A stretch of DNA of 45,207 nt, from the sequence record NC_073078.1; one strand, written 5' to 3'. Position numbers and translations under genes: made by a program. The stretch is from Escherichia phage welsh. Numbering within the stretch: position 1 is the stretch's first letter; each line of letters starts with the position of its first letter. The notes under the pieces are model-generated. The model made no database searches. It worked only from the letters and a program-made list of their open reading frames with translations, and was not told the origin of the DNA. Below, one piece after another: positions 9,984-17,959 of this stretch.

Positions 9984-9987
9984 TATA

Positions 9988-10007
9988 GGGGCTTCGGCCC
10001 CTTTTTA
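9988..10007 (+). terminator. Rho-independent terminator candidate after the J-like gene
   Basis: GGGGC-ttcg-GCCCC followed by TTTTT. Confidence 0.6.
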
Positions 10008-10019
10008 ACGAGGTTATTT

Positions 10020-10322
10020 ATGGCATTCGGTATCGCAACGTGGGACGCGCAAGGACGCCCAAACAACTACGGCATTAAACCGGTAAGCGTGATCGGAAGG
10101 ATTCATCTTGCGGAAGGACAAAAATCAGGCGCATGGTCATTCCCTGTACCGGCGGGGATGAAGGTCGGATACGTGGTCGCACTGGATGAAGGCGCGGTCG
10201 GGCCAGGCCGCAGAATAACCGCCAGCGGGAACACTATCACGGTTTCCGCGGCAAGTGCGGTAGGTGGCGGGGTTTACTCCGCATCTGAATGTGACGTTAT
10301 TGTTTTTGTGGAGCGAGCATAA
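10020..10322 (+). CDS. Hypothetical protein (tail-associated by position)
   Basis: 100 aa ORF with RBS GAGG upstream; no recognisable motif. Confidence 0.4.
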   Translation: MAFGIATWDAQGRPNNYGIKPVSVIGRIHLAEGQKSGAWSFPVPAGMKVGYVVALDEGAVGPGRRITASGNTITVSAASAVGGGVYSASECDVIVFVERA

Positions 10323-10996
10323 TGGCTAATTACGGCGCGTTGATTGACTTACCAAACGGCAACCCGTTTATCACGCCAGAATCGACGCCGTTTTGTCTAT
10401 TCCGCCGTGTGGTTGTTGGGTCTTCGGCAAACGGCACTGCGCAGTCGGCGGCTGCCGATATTAATTTGGGTGGTGACTACCCGGCAATAGCGTTTGTGAA
10501 AACTACGCACACCGCCCAGCCGACCGTCGTAGGGTCTTCTCGCGTTGGTAATGTGGTGAAGGTGAGAGCCAGCAATCCATTCGGGCGAGGCTTCACGATG
10601 ACGGCTTACATCTTTGCCATATTCCCACAGACCCTTCCGCGGTGGGGCTTCGCTATTTGGGATAAGACGGGGAAGCTAGTACTTACTAATGAGAGTCGCG
10701 TACTAAGCGATTTAGTTACCGTCGGATCTCCTGGCGCTAACGGGGGGATTAACATTGACCAGACGCTAAATGGCAGCTACGCCGTCGCTCCGGGCATATT
10801 GGGGTCTACGCTGATCCGGTTTTTTGTGCAGGGCCAGCCGCAAGTAATATCGGTAACGGCGTACACGGGGGCCAGATTTGATGGGTCGCGAACGCGTATA
10901 TCAGCAGCGTCGTCGGGGAACGCCACGGGGGATGTGGTGGGGTATACTAACAACGGCAACGCGATTATGGCGATTAACACGGCCAATTATGATTGA
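10322..10996 (+). CDS. Hypothetical protein (tail-associated by position)
   Basis: 224 aa ORF, start overlaps the previous stop; Gly/Thr-rich, likely beta-rich. Confidence 0.4.
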   Translation: MANYGALIDLPNGNPFITPESTPFCLFRRVVVGSSANGTAQSAAADINLGGDYPAIAFVKTTHTAQPTVVGSSRVGNVVKVRASNPFGRGFTMTAYIFAIFPQTLPRWGFAIWDKTGKLVLTNESRVLSDLVTVGSPGANGGINIDQTLNGSYAVAPGILGSTLIRFFVQGQPQVISVTAYTGARFDGSRTRISAASSGNATGDVVGYTNNGNAIMAINTANYD

Positions 10997-11015
10997 AGAA
11001 AGCCCCGAAAGGGGC

Positions 11016-11234
11016 TTATTTGCAGGTGGTGCTTTTGAAGTGGTCGACCGACACATACTGGAAGTTGAACGGATACCCCGCCTTGAGCATTTTGTGCCCG
11101 CTAAAGTCGGCGACACCGAACACTGGTACAGAATACTCCATACCGCTATTCATATATGTCGCGTCGCAGATTTTAGACGGCATACCGGCACAACCGGACA
11201 GAAGAACCGCACAAATCATAATTAAAGTTTTCAT
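11016..11234 (-). CDS. Small lipoprotein, candidate receptor-blocking superinfection exclusion protein
   Basis: Internal ATG at 11234 with AGGAGA RBS; MKTLIMICAVLLSGC is a signal peptide with lipobox LSGC; 72 aa; opposite strand, between tail genes. Confidence 0.55.
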   Translation of the reverse strand: MKTLIMICAVLLSGCAGMPSKICDATYMNSGMEYSVPVFGVADFSGHKMLKAGYPFNFQYVSVDHFKSTTCK

Positions 11235-11313
11235 GTTATCATCTCCTATATTTGGTTGAGTTTTAGTATTACACCTCTCAACCAGGATTGCAACCAATTA
11301 CGAGGATTTAGCT

Positions 11314-13740
11314 ATGGCAGCGGGCACACTATCCGTAACGAATAACAGCAAGGCGGTTGTCGGGGTAGGCACGACGTTTACCGCGTTTAAAGCCGGAGAC
11401 TTCTTAACGCTGGTGGTGGGCCAAGTACCCTACACCGTAGCGATCGCGTCCGTTGAAAGTGCAACCGCGCTAACGCTGGTGCTGCCGTTCGACGGCCCAA
11501 CGGCAACCGGCCTCGCGTGGGATGGCGTTAAGCGCGATACCATGTCGCTGGCAACGATGGGCGTTACCGTACAGGCACAGAAAGCGTTGCGCTTGATGAT
11601 CGCAGATGAAAACAACTGGCGCGCTATCTTCGGCGAAGAAGAAGAAATCTCGGTCACGCTACCGAACGGTCAAGTGGTGCAGGGTATGTCGTGGGGCTAC
11701 CTGTCAAAACTGCTTAAAGACGTAGATCCTGTTGAATTGCAGGCTATCGCGGACCAGACCATCACGGCTAAAAACCAGGCGCAAGGATTCCGTAACGAGG
11801 CGGAAGGATTCAAGAACACCGCGAATACCGCGAAAGAGGCCGCAGTAGCTGCGAAGACCGCGGCTGAAACGGCGCAGGGTAAAGCCGAGACAGCTACTGC
11901 GGCAGCGGAGTCCGCGAAGACTGCCGCCGAAACAGCTAAATCGCAGGCCGTAACCGCTAAAGACCAGGCAAAAGGATTCCGTGACGAGGCAGAAGGCTTT
12001 GCGAACAGCGCGGACGCCTCGCAGAAAGTGCCGTATGCGGGCGTAACCGTAAACCCTCCTACTGGCGTGAGGGATATGCTAAAGCGGTTGCGCGATTCGG
12101 TCAAAGGCGGATTCTGGCGCGTTGATGATATTTCGCAGTTCCAAGCGGGGGATATGACCCCTTTCAGATACGGACCTGGCGTATGTGGCGGCGCAGGGGA
12201 CACATTCTTTGCAATCAACGTTGACTGGCGAACCTCGCGCGTTAAAGTTTTCTCGGGAAACAACAACGCGATCAACGGGTCGTCGGGCAGTGTGAGCGCC
12301 ATTGAGCTTGCGAAGCTGGGGGCGAACGGGGGCGTGGCGATCGCGGACGGCGGGACCGGTGCATCGGACGACCAGGGCGCGAGAAAAAACCTTCAGGCAA
12401 TGCACGAGCGACAGGCATCGTTGAATACTGAAGATCTTAACGTCCTTCAGGGTGATAAGGCTGGGTTTTATTATCAGTCCATGTCGGCTGACGCCACCCC
12501 AGAGCGTAACTATCCTATTAACATGGCGGGTTGTTTACTGGTGCAAAGATCCGGTGCTAACGATCCGAAGAGTTGCGTACAGACGTACACCGCATACGGC
12601 AACGGGCGGCGTTGGATTCGATGGCTAGGCAACGCGACGACTGGCCCATGGTCGCAGTGGTACGAATTATATAACGCAGGGTCGTCGCCGACTTTTTCAG
12701 GGGTGGTCGCTGGTTCTTCGGTGGAGGCTAGAGGGAACGAAAAGCGCGCAGTTCTTCGCACCTGGCCTAATGATGTATCTGTTTCCAACTCGGCATCTAA
12801 TAAATTCTTGCAATTAAGGGACAATGGTGAGCTTGCATACGACAACAAGCTGATTGCCTATGACGGCCTTGCGGCCAGTGGCACTTTTGCTATGACCGTC
12901 CCTAGCATTAAAGTTACAACAGCCAATGGCGGATTTCGTATCGACGGCACCACCGCCACAAACAACCAGCCACTTCACGTAACAGGCTACAACTCCGCAG
13001 GCACGCGTCTTTGGTTTTTAGGGAAGGACACCGGGACGAACGCGCTATTCCTGAACGATGTTACATCGTCTAAGGTTGAGCTGATCACAGACGGCGTTGT
13101 GCTTGGTACAAAGGATTTTGCGGGCAAGGCATACGTCCAGGCCGCAAGTTTAGAGATCGACCGACCGAGCGGCAAGTATTTCAAAATGCTGAACGACGGC
13201 AACTCGTCGCACCCGGCAACCTTCAAATTATGGGGTAACGGGTCTGATAGGGCGTCGGTTATTGAGTGTGGTTTTGATAACGGCCCTGGGTGGGTGTTTT
13301 ACGCCCAGTATAACGGCGACGGCACGCGCCAGATGAACGTTAACGGAACGGTAAACTGTACGACGGTAAACCAGTCGTCTGACCGCGAGTTGAAGGATAA
13401 CATCAAGCCGATCGAGAACGCTCGCGCTGGCCTTGCTAAGATGGGTGGCTATACCTACACCCTGAAGAAAGACGGTATGCCGTACGCTGGGGTGATTGCA
13501 CAGGAAGTAATGGACGTTGTGCCGGAAGCGGTGAGCACTTTTGAGGACTACGAATACCTGGCAGGGCCAACGAAAGACGGCGAGGAACTGGTAGGGCGTC
13601 AGCGCTTCTTCCAGGTGGATTATGGTGCTATTGCTGCATACGCGGTGCAAGTGTGTAAAGAACAGGAAGAGGAACTGGTGTCATTGCGTAGCGAACTGGA
13701 GGAATTGAAAGCTGCCGTAGCGGCATTGACTAAAGCATAA
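11314..13740 (+). CDS. Tail fibre protein with C-terminal intramolecular chaperone (peptidase S74-like) domain
   Basis: C-terminal about 130 aa (SDRELKDNIKPIENARAGLAKMGGYTYTLKKDGMPYAGVIAQEV...) resembles the self-cleaving chaperone domain of phage fibres and endosialidases. N-terminal Ala/Lys-rich region has an internal duplication (GFRNEAEGF / GFRDEAEGF). Confidence 0.8.
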   Translation: MAAGTLSVTNNSKAVVGVGTTFTAFKAGDFLTLVVGQVPYTVAIASVESATALTLVLPFDGPTATGLAWDGVKRDTMSLATMGVTVQAQKALRLMIADENNWRAIFGEEEEISVTLPNGQVVQGMSWGYLSKLLKDVDPVELQAIADQTITAKNQAQGFRNEAEGFKNTANTAKEAAVAAKTAAETAQGKAETATAAAESAKTAAETAKSQAVTAKDQAKGFRDEAEGFANSADASQKVPYAGVTVNPPTGVRDMLKRLRDSVKGGFWRVDDISQFQAGDMTPFRYGPGVCGGAGDTFFAINVDWRTSRVKVFSGNNNAINGSSGSVSAIELAKLGANGGVAIADGGTGASDDQGARKNLQAMHERQASLNTEDLNVLQGDKAGFYYQSMSADATPERNYPINMAGCLLVQRSGANDPKSCVQTYTAYGNGRRWIRWLGNATTGPWSQWYELYNAGSSPTFSGVVAGSSVEARGNEKRAVLRTWPNDVSVSNSASNKFLQLRDNGELAYDNKLIAYDGLAASGTFAMTVPSIKVTTANGGFRIDGTTATNNQPLHVTGYNSAGTRLWFLGKDTGTNALFLNDVTSSKVELITDGVVLGTKDFAGKAYVQAASLEIDRPSGKYFKMLNDGNSSHPATFKLWGNGSDRASVIECGFDNGPGWVFYAQYNGDGTRQMNVNGTVNCTTVNQSSDRELKDNIKPIENARAGLAKMGGYTYTLKKDGMPYAGVIAQEVMDVVPEAVSTFEDYEYLAGPTKDGEELVGRQRFFQVDYGAIAAYAVQVCKEQEEELVSLRSELEELKAAVAALTKA

Positions 13741-13746
13741 CGAGAA

Positions 13747-13769
13747 GGGGCCATCCGGCCCCTTTTTTA
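13747..13769. terminator. Bidirectional terminator between the tail fibre gene and the end of the leftward operon
   Basis: GGGGCC-atcc-GGCCCC followed by TTTTTT on the + strand; genes converge here. Confidence 0.6.
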
Positions 13770-14342
13770 GTTTGAGTTTTCCCAGTCCATTTTGCGCCGC
13801 ACCAGCGGGCTTTCGTAATATTCCTTGCCTTCCACTTCCACCAGAGGCCAGTCGTTCACAATCACGTATGGCTCTGCGATATCCTCGATCACGCCGTGCG
13901 CGCTTTGCGGCCCTAACGATACACCCACCAGGATAACACCGGCAACGCGACGTGACAGATACTCGCGAGCGCAACGCGCCTCTACCAGCCCGCGACGGAT
14001 GCCGCTGGTGGCTTTAACCTCGTAAGTCCAAACGGCATCGATCACATGCTCGCGGAAGTCGGGGCCGGATTTAACCTTGCGCTTACCGACCATAATAATA
14101 TCGCCGCGGTCAATGGTATTGGCGCTAAACAGGCCGGTACGCATGAGCAAGCCTTGCGGTATGCAACTACGCCCGCCCGCCTGCCCCTCAAGGTACATAC
14201 CGGCAAACATCTCGCCCAAAACACCGACAAGACGGCTTTGCTTGCACGCGTCAGACTTTAAGCGCCACTGGTCAAACTCGATGCTTGCTATCATCGCCGC
14301 AAGGTGGAATTGTTTACCGGATATTTCATATTCGCCGTACAT
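13767..14342 (-). CDS. Hypothetical protein, possible PD-(D/E)XK-type nuclease
   Basis: 191 aa; RBS GAGGA before ATG; segment HVIDAVWTYEVKAT fits a D...ExK nuclease signature. The product call is weak. Confidence 0.35.
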   Translation of the reverse strand: MYGEYEISGKQFHLAAMIASIEFDQWRLKSDACKQSRLVGVLGEMFAGMYLEGQAGGRSCIPQGLLMRTGLFSANTIDRGDIIMVGKRKVKSGPDFREHVIDAVWTYEVKATSGIRRGLVEARCAREYLSRRVAGVILVGVSLGPQSAHGVIEDIAEPYVIVNDWPLVEVEGKEYYESPLVRRKMDWENSN

Positions 14343-14384
14343 CGTGTGGTCCTCATTGATGCGGGCCGAAGCCCGCGATTAGAA

Positions 14385-14939
14385 TTATTTCAGTGCGCTA
14401 CGTACCAGTGTTTTTTCCATGTTGCGGAAGTCTTCCGGCGTCATGAGGGTTTTGGATCCGTCTTCGCCAGTTAGAACTACCATAGGCTGGACGTCCTGGG
14501 CTACAACTCCGAAATTGGCAGCTTTAACGGTCTTCCCTAACGAGGCCGCCATATCCTCGGTAACGCGCATTGCACTGTTATACGCATTAATCTCGCCATC
14601 AAGACGCACGGACAGACCTTTGAGGCTTTCAAACTGTTCTGCCGTTGTATCGATCTGAATCTCGTCATGCACGGTCATGTAAGACTCGCCCAGCAGGGCG
14701 GCATACGCTACCAGGTCCACGATGTTATCTTCCTGGTGTTTACGGTGCTGGCGTACCAGCTTTAGGCAGATCAAGAAGGTCCAGGCTTCTTGCTCGGTCA
14801 GGTCGCGACCGGTAAGCGCGTTAAACACGGCGGCAATTTGTTTCGCGCTGCGTTCCTCTTTCGCGTTGTCATAGCCGTTTTCTTTTCCGCGCTGTTCCAT
14901 AGTGGTGGCGGCGTTTTTGCAGTATTCGTATGCTTTCAT
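14385..14939 (-). CDS. Hypothetical protein
   Basis: 184 aa. N-terminal pattern EQRGKENGY...LTxxDxxxFLICLKLVRxxxK...DNIVDLVAYAALLGE resembles a domain I recall from phage nucleotide-metabolism proteins, but I cannot name the family with confidence. A GGGAGGC-n6-GCCTCCC hairpin sits in the 5' leader. Confidence 0.45.
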   Translation of the reverse strand: MKAYEYCKNAATTMEQRGKENGYDNAKEERSAKQIAAVFNALTGRDLTEQEAWTFLICLKLVRQHRKHQEDNIVDLVAYAALLGESYMTVHDEIQIDTTAEQFESLKGLSVRLDGEINAYNSAMRVTEDMAASLGKTVKAANFGVVAQDVQPMVVLTGEDGSKTLMTPEDFRNMEKTLVRSALK

Positions 14940-15002
14940 GATGTGGTCCTGTTTATGGGAGGCCGTATTGCCTCCCGACGCGTTAACTATAGTGCAACCA
15001 AC

Positions 15003-15473
15003 CTATTGGTTGCAAGTGAATTTTGCAACGTTTATTGCGTAAATTTTCGGGACCAAATCACCACACGCCCGACGAATTGCCGCGATGTTCTTCGGACAGT
15101 CTTCAATGATGACCAGTTCCGACACGTCCGCATAGCAGACCATTTTGAACACGGCGCACGCCTTAAACTCTGGCGGCGGGGTGTCGTCCAGCATGTGGCG
15201 CATAAACAACCTGCCGTTCGGGAATACTTCCAATTGCTCGGCGGTGGTGTCCCAACATTCGCGCTGCCGGTTTGTCAGATACGCGATCTCGAAGCCTTGC
15301 TCTTTGTACATGCGCAACAGCGGCAGCATATCCATGTTCAGGTCTTCGCGTATGTGCGCTTTGTGCCACTTTGCCCAAAATGTTGATTTCGTTTTTATAC
15401 CCGGAACCAGGTCGGCGCGTGCATCACTCGAACCATTAATAACGCCATCAAGATCACAAATCAGTAGTTTCAT
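15003..15473 (-). CDS. HAD-superfamily phosphatase (nucleotidase-like)
   Basis: N-terminal LLICDLDGVI is the HAD motif I (DxDG); 156 aa. Confidence 0.65.
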   Translation of the reverse strand: MKLLICDLDGVINGSSDARADLVPGIKTKSTFWAKWHKAHIREDLNMDMLPLLRMYKEQGFEIAYLTNRQRECWDTTAEQLEVFPNGRLFMRHMLDDTPPPEFKACAVFKMVCYADVSELVIIEDCPKNIAAIRRACGDLVPKIYAINVAKFTCNQ

Positions 15474-15703
15474 TTTAAGCTCTCAATAAGGGTGTATCGG
15501 GCGCTGCGCGCGGTGAAGGAGTTGCACACGAAATGGCAACGCTGAGTCATGACAAGCCAACCGGTGAGGTCAAGGCCCAGGATGTATTCGGGGCGAGACG
15601 CGCGCACCACACGATTGCGTCGCGGGTCGATGTTATAGTCTCTTTGCATTTGGTATACGACCGCGGGGTCGCGGTCAACGATTAAGATATTCATGTAACT
15701 CAC
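15470..15703 (-). CDS. Hypothetical protein
   Basis: 77 aa ORF whose ends overlap neighbouring genes within the operon. Confidence 0.35.
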   Translation of the reverse strand: MSYMNILIVDRDPAVVYQMQRDYNIDPRRNRVVRASRPEYILGLDLTGWLVMTQRCHFVCNSFTARSARYTLIESLK

Positions 15704-16160
15704 TCTCGCTCATTATTTCAATTTGTGCGCTGCCGATGGGCGGCGCTTCGTCAAATATTATCAATTGCTGGCATTTGTTATTGCTCGGCCCTACTTCACC
15801 GGTGACGGCGTGAATGAATCTAATCCGCCAGTCCAGAAGAATTATCAGGTTTGCAGTCTTCCGGGCCAGCCTCGCCCACTTCGTCGACGTGTCCTGATTC
15901 AGCAGCATGACAGTCCGGCGTCCGTGCGCTGCGCACTCTACCCACGGCAGCGGATCGGAATACGGCGGATTGCACCACTTCCACCCTTTCAACTCGGACC
16001 AGTCCACATCAAGCGCGCTGTGTTCCGCCGTGAAGTAACGCGGTAGCAGGTGGTTTGCATCGCTTGCCGCCATATCGTAACGGAATCGGTACTTCCGACG
16101 AAGCGGTTTAAATAAAGCTGGCGGCGTGCGCCAGCTATCTTTTTGCTCACTCTTCTGCAT
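15675..16160 (-). CDS. DNA N6-adenine methyltransferase (phage Dam-type)
   Basis: DSWRTPP near the N-terminus and WCNPPYS (NPPY catalytic motif); 161 aa, typical of the small phage Dam family. Confidence 0.8.
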   Translation of the reverse strand: MQKSEQKDSWRTPPALFKPLRRKYRFRYDMAASDANHLLPRYFTAEHSALDVDWSELKGWKWCNPPYSDPLPWVECAAHGRRTVMLLNQDTSTKWARLARKTANLIILLDWRIRFIHAVTGEVGPSNNKCQQLIIFDEAPPIGSAQIEIMSESELHEYLNR

Positions 16161-16169
16161 GATCTGGGT

Positions 16170-16604
16170 CTATCGCATACAGGGCAATTTTCTTGTCGCT
16201 GGACAGAACGCGCCGGACTCGGGCCATACCGCCGGACCCAGCGGTCGGCTATCGGAATAGTAGCTGCCGTTCGCACGCCACGCTATCAGCACCGGGTCTT
16301 TCCAGTCGATCTTAGACTGGCGGCCCTTCGGGCGCACGTATTCCTCGGCCCGTTTGCAATGCTCGCGCAGACCTTCGGCAGTGATGCGGTTTAGCGAAAC
16401 GCTGGTTGTGTATCCGGTGCGCTGCATAATCCCCATCAATTCGAAAAGCAGTTCGAAGCGCTCCTCTAGCTCCTGGCGCACTTTCTTCTCGCCTTCATAT
16501 AGCGCCTGTTTGGTGTCCGCCAACGCGTTCGCACGTTCGGCCTGTTCGCGGGCTTCGAGGCATTGCGCGGCCCAGTATGCTTTTTCTTCTTGTAAAATTT
16601 TCAT
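16170..16604 (-). CDS. Hypothetical protein
   Basis: 144 aa; N-terminal coiled-coil character; no recognisable motif. Confidence 0.4.
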   Translation of the reverse strand: MKILQEEKAYWAAQCLEAREQAERANALADTKQALYEGEKKVRQELEERFELLFELMGIMQRTGYTTSVSLNRITAEGLREHCKRAEEYVRPKGRQSKIDWKDPVLIAWRANGSYYSDSRPLGPAVWPESGAFCPATRKLPCMR

Positions 16605-16847
16605 TTATTTAATCTCCGTAGTGCGAATCTCTTTGCGTGGAATAAATTTGCCATCCATCTCCACCCAGCAGACTCCGTATCGCCATTGGGTATTACGTCC
16701 CGTTTGCTCGGCATATACGGTCTTGCATCCGTAGCGTTCCGTATAGTAAATAGCCGCGGTAGGTACGAAAATACAAACGGCAAACATGAGGGTGAGTATC
16801 ACCCAAAATCGAAGGTCGCCGTCGTAGTCGAAAAATAATGATCTCAT
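16605..16847 (-). CDS. Small membrane protein
   Basis: Internal ATG 16847 with GGAGA RBS; one transmembrane segment (FWVILTLMFAVCIFVPTAAIYY); 80 aa. Confidence 0.45.
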   Translation of the reverse strand: MRSLFFDYDGDLRFWVILTLMFAVCIFVPTAAIYYTERYGCKTVYAEQTGRNTQWRYGVCWVEMDGKFIPRKEIRTTEIK

Positions 16848-16928
16848 CGTGTTGTCTCCAGGTATTAAAAAGGGCGTCCAAACCGGACACCCTAAATATA
16901 ATGCAACCAATATGATTATGCAACCAAT

Positions 16929-17252
16929 TTACGAATAAAAATTTGGGTCGCGCGCAACGTCTACCAGGTAAAGGTTGCTGATTCGGTTGCCGTAGTGGCC
17001 TGGTGTTCGCTGGCGGCACACAACGGCGAAGCCGGGAGGAATTGTATTGCCGGTCGCGATAATCCACGCCACGCGTGCGCCCGATAGAGTTTTGCCGTTG
17101 CATTCGATGCGCGTGCCGCCATCGGCAGTGTTAAGGTTGCCGATTTTGCAGCCGGTGGACTTCAGACGAATGACGCCGGTTTTGCTGTCGTAGGAGAATA
17201 ACTGGTTAGTCATTGCGACCGAAAAATCAATGGCTTCGAATGTAGTATTCAT
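16929..17252 (-). CDS. HNH-like endonuclease (phage HNH_3-type, possibly degenerate)
   Basis: YDSKTGVIRLK...GGTRIECNGKTLSGARVAWIIATGN...GHYGNRISNLYLV resembles the phage HNH pattern, but the usual first His is replaced. Confidence 0.5.
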   Translation of the reverse strand: MNTTFEAIDFSVAMTNQLFSYDSKTGVIRLKSTGCKIGNLNTADGGTRIECNGKTLSGARVAWIIATGNTIPPGFAVVCRQRTPGHYGNRISNLYLVDVARDPNFYS

Positions 17253-17959
17253 TTTAAATTTTCCTCATTGACTGCTATCGCGAAGCCGCGCGGGGTGAGC
17301 GACCGGATTAATTTTGTGCGTGCTGATTTGCCTCCGAGGCGACTATACTGCTTCGAGTACCCTTTTTCAACGAAAACGGGTTTCTTCTCTGGCATACGGA
17401 AGCCGTTGCCGGTCCATAAGCAGGTCAGCTTCGGATATGAATCGCGGGCGTTGATGTATTCCGGGAACAACGGATGTACGTCATCTTCCGGCAGATAGCC
17501 GCCATACTCCCACGGGTCGAACGAGTGATCCGGCTTGCGCCACTGGGTGGAAAGCACACTGCGCGGATTCTCAATCATATATGGCACTTCGAAGAAGTCA
17601 CCCAGGTAAGCGGCGATCTTCGCGGTGCGCACCGCCTTAAGCTGGAAGGCAGGGTCGCGGGCGCGTTTGCGCGGGAAAGCTGGCGCACCGCTAACCGCCA
17701 GATCCGTACACGGCGGGAATGCATAAATGATATCCGGCGTACCGAAATCGCCATTCATCGCGCGGTCCACGAAGTCCAGATCGATAAACACATTGCGATA
17801 GCGTATTCCGCGACCATAAATCCGGTAGTCAAGGTAAGACCCGTGATCGGCTTCGGAGTAGTTGAAGCAATAACACTTATGCCCCATCTCGGCAGCACGC
17901 TCAATCATCAAGCCGCTGCCGTCAAACAACGACCAGATTGTCATTTTAGCAATAGTCAT
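17249..17959 (-). CDS. DNA cytosine-5 methyltransferase
   Basis: LFDGSG (motif I, AdoMet binding), AFPPCTDLAVSG (catalytic PC motif) and YMIENPRS (ENV-type motif). Confidence 0.8.
   Translation of the reverse strand: MTIAKMTIWSLFDGSGLMIERAAEMGHKCYCFNYSEADHGSYLDYRIYGRGIRYRNVFIDLDFVDRAMNGDFGTPDIIYAFPPCTDLAVSGAPAFPRKRARDPAFQLKAVRTAKIAAYLGDFFEVPYMIENPRSVLSTQWRKPDHSFDPWEYGGYLPEDDVHPLFPEYINARDSYPKLTCLWTGNGFRMPEKKPVFVEKGYSKQYSRLGGKSARTKLIRSLTPRGFAIAVNEENLK

Noticed and set aside
13767-17959. 7-deazaguanine or other DNA hypermodification pathway genes (queC/D/E, folE, transglycosylase) in the accessory cluster.
   Set aside because: None of the ORFs shows the radical-SAM CxxxCxxC, GTP cyclohydrolase or transglycosylase signatures. 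Only the two methyltransferases and the HAD phosphatase are supported.
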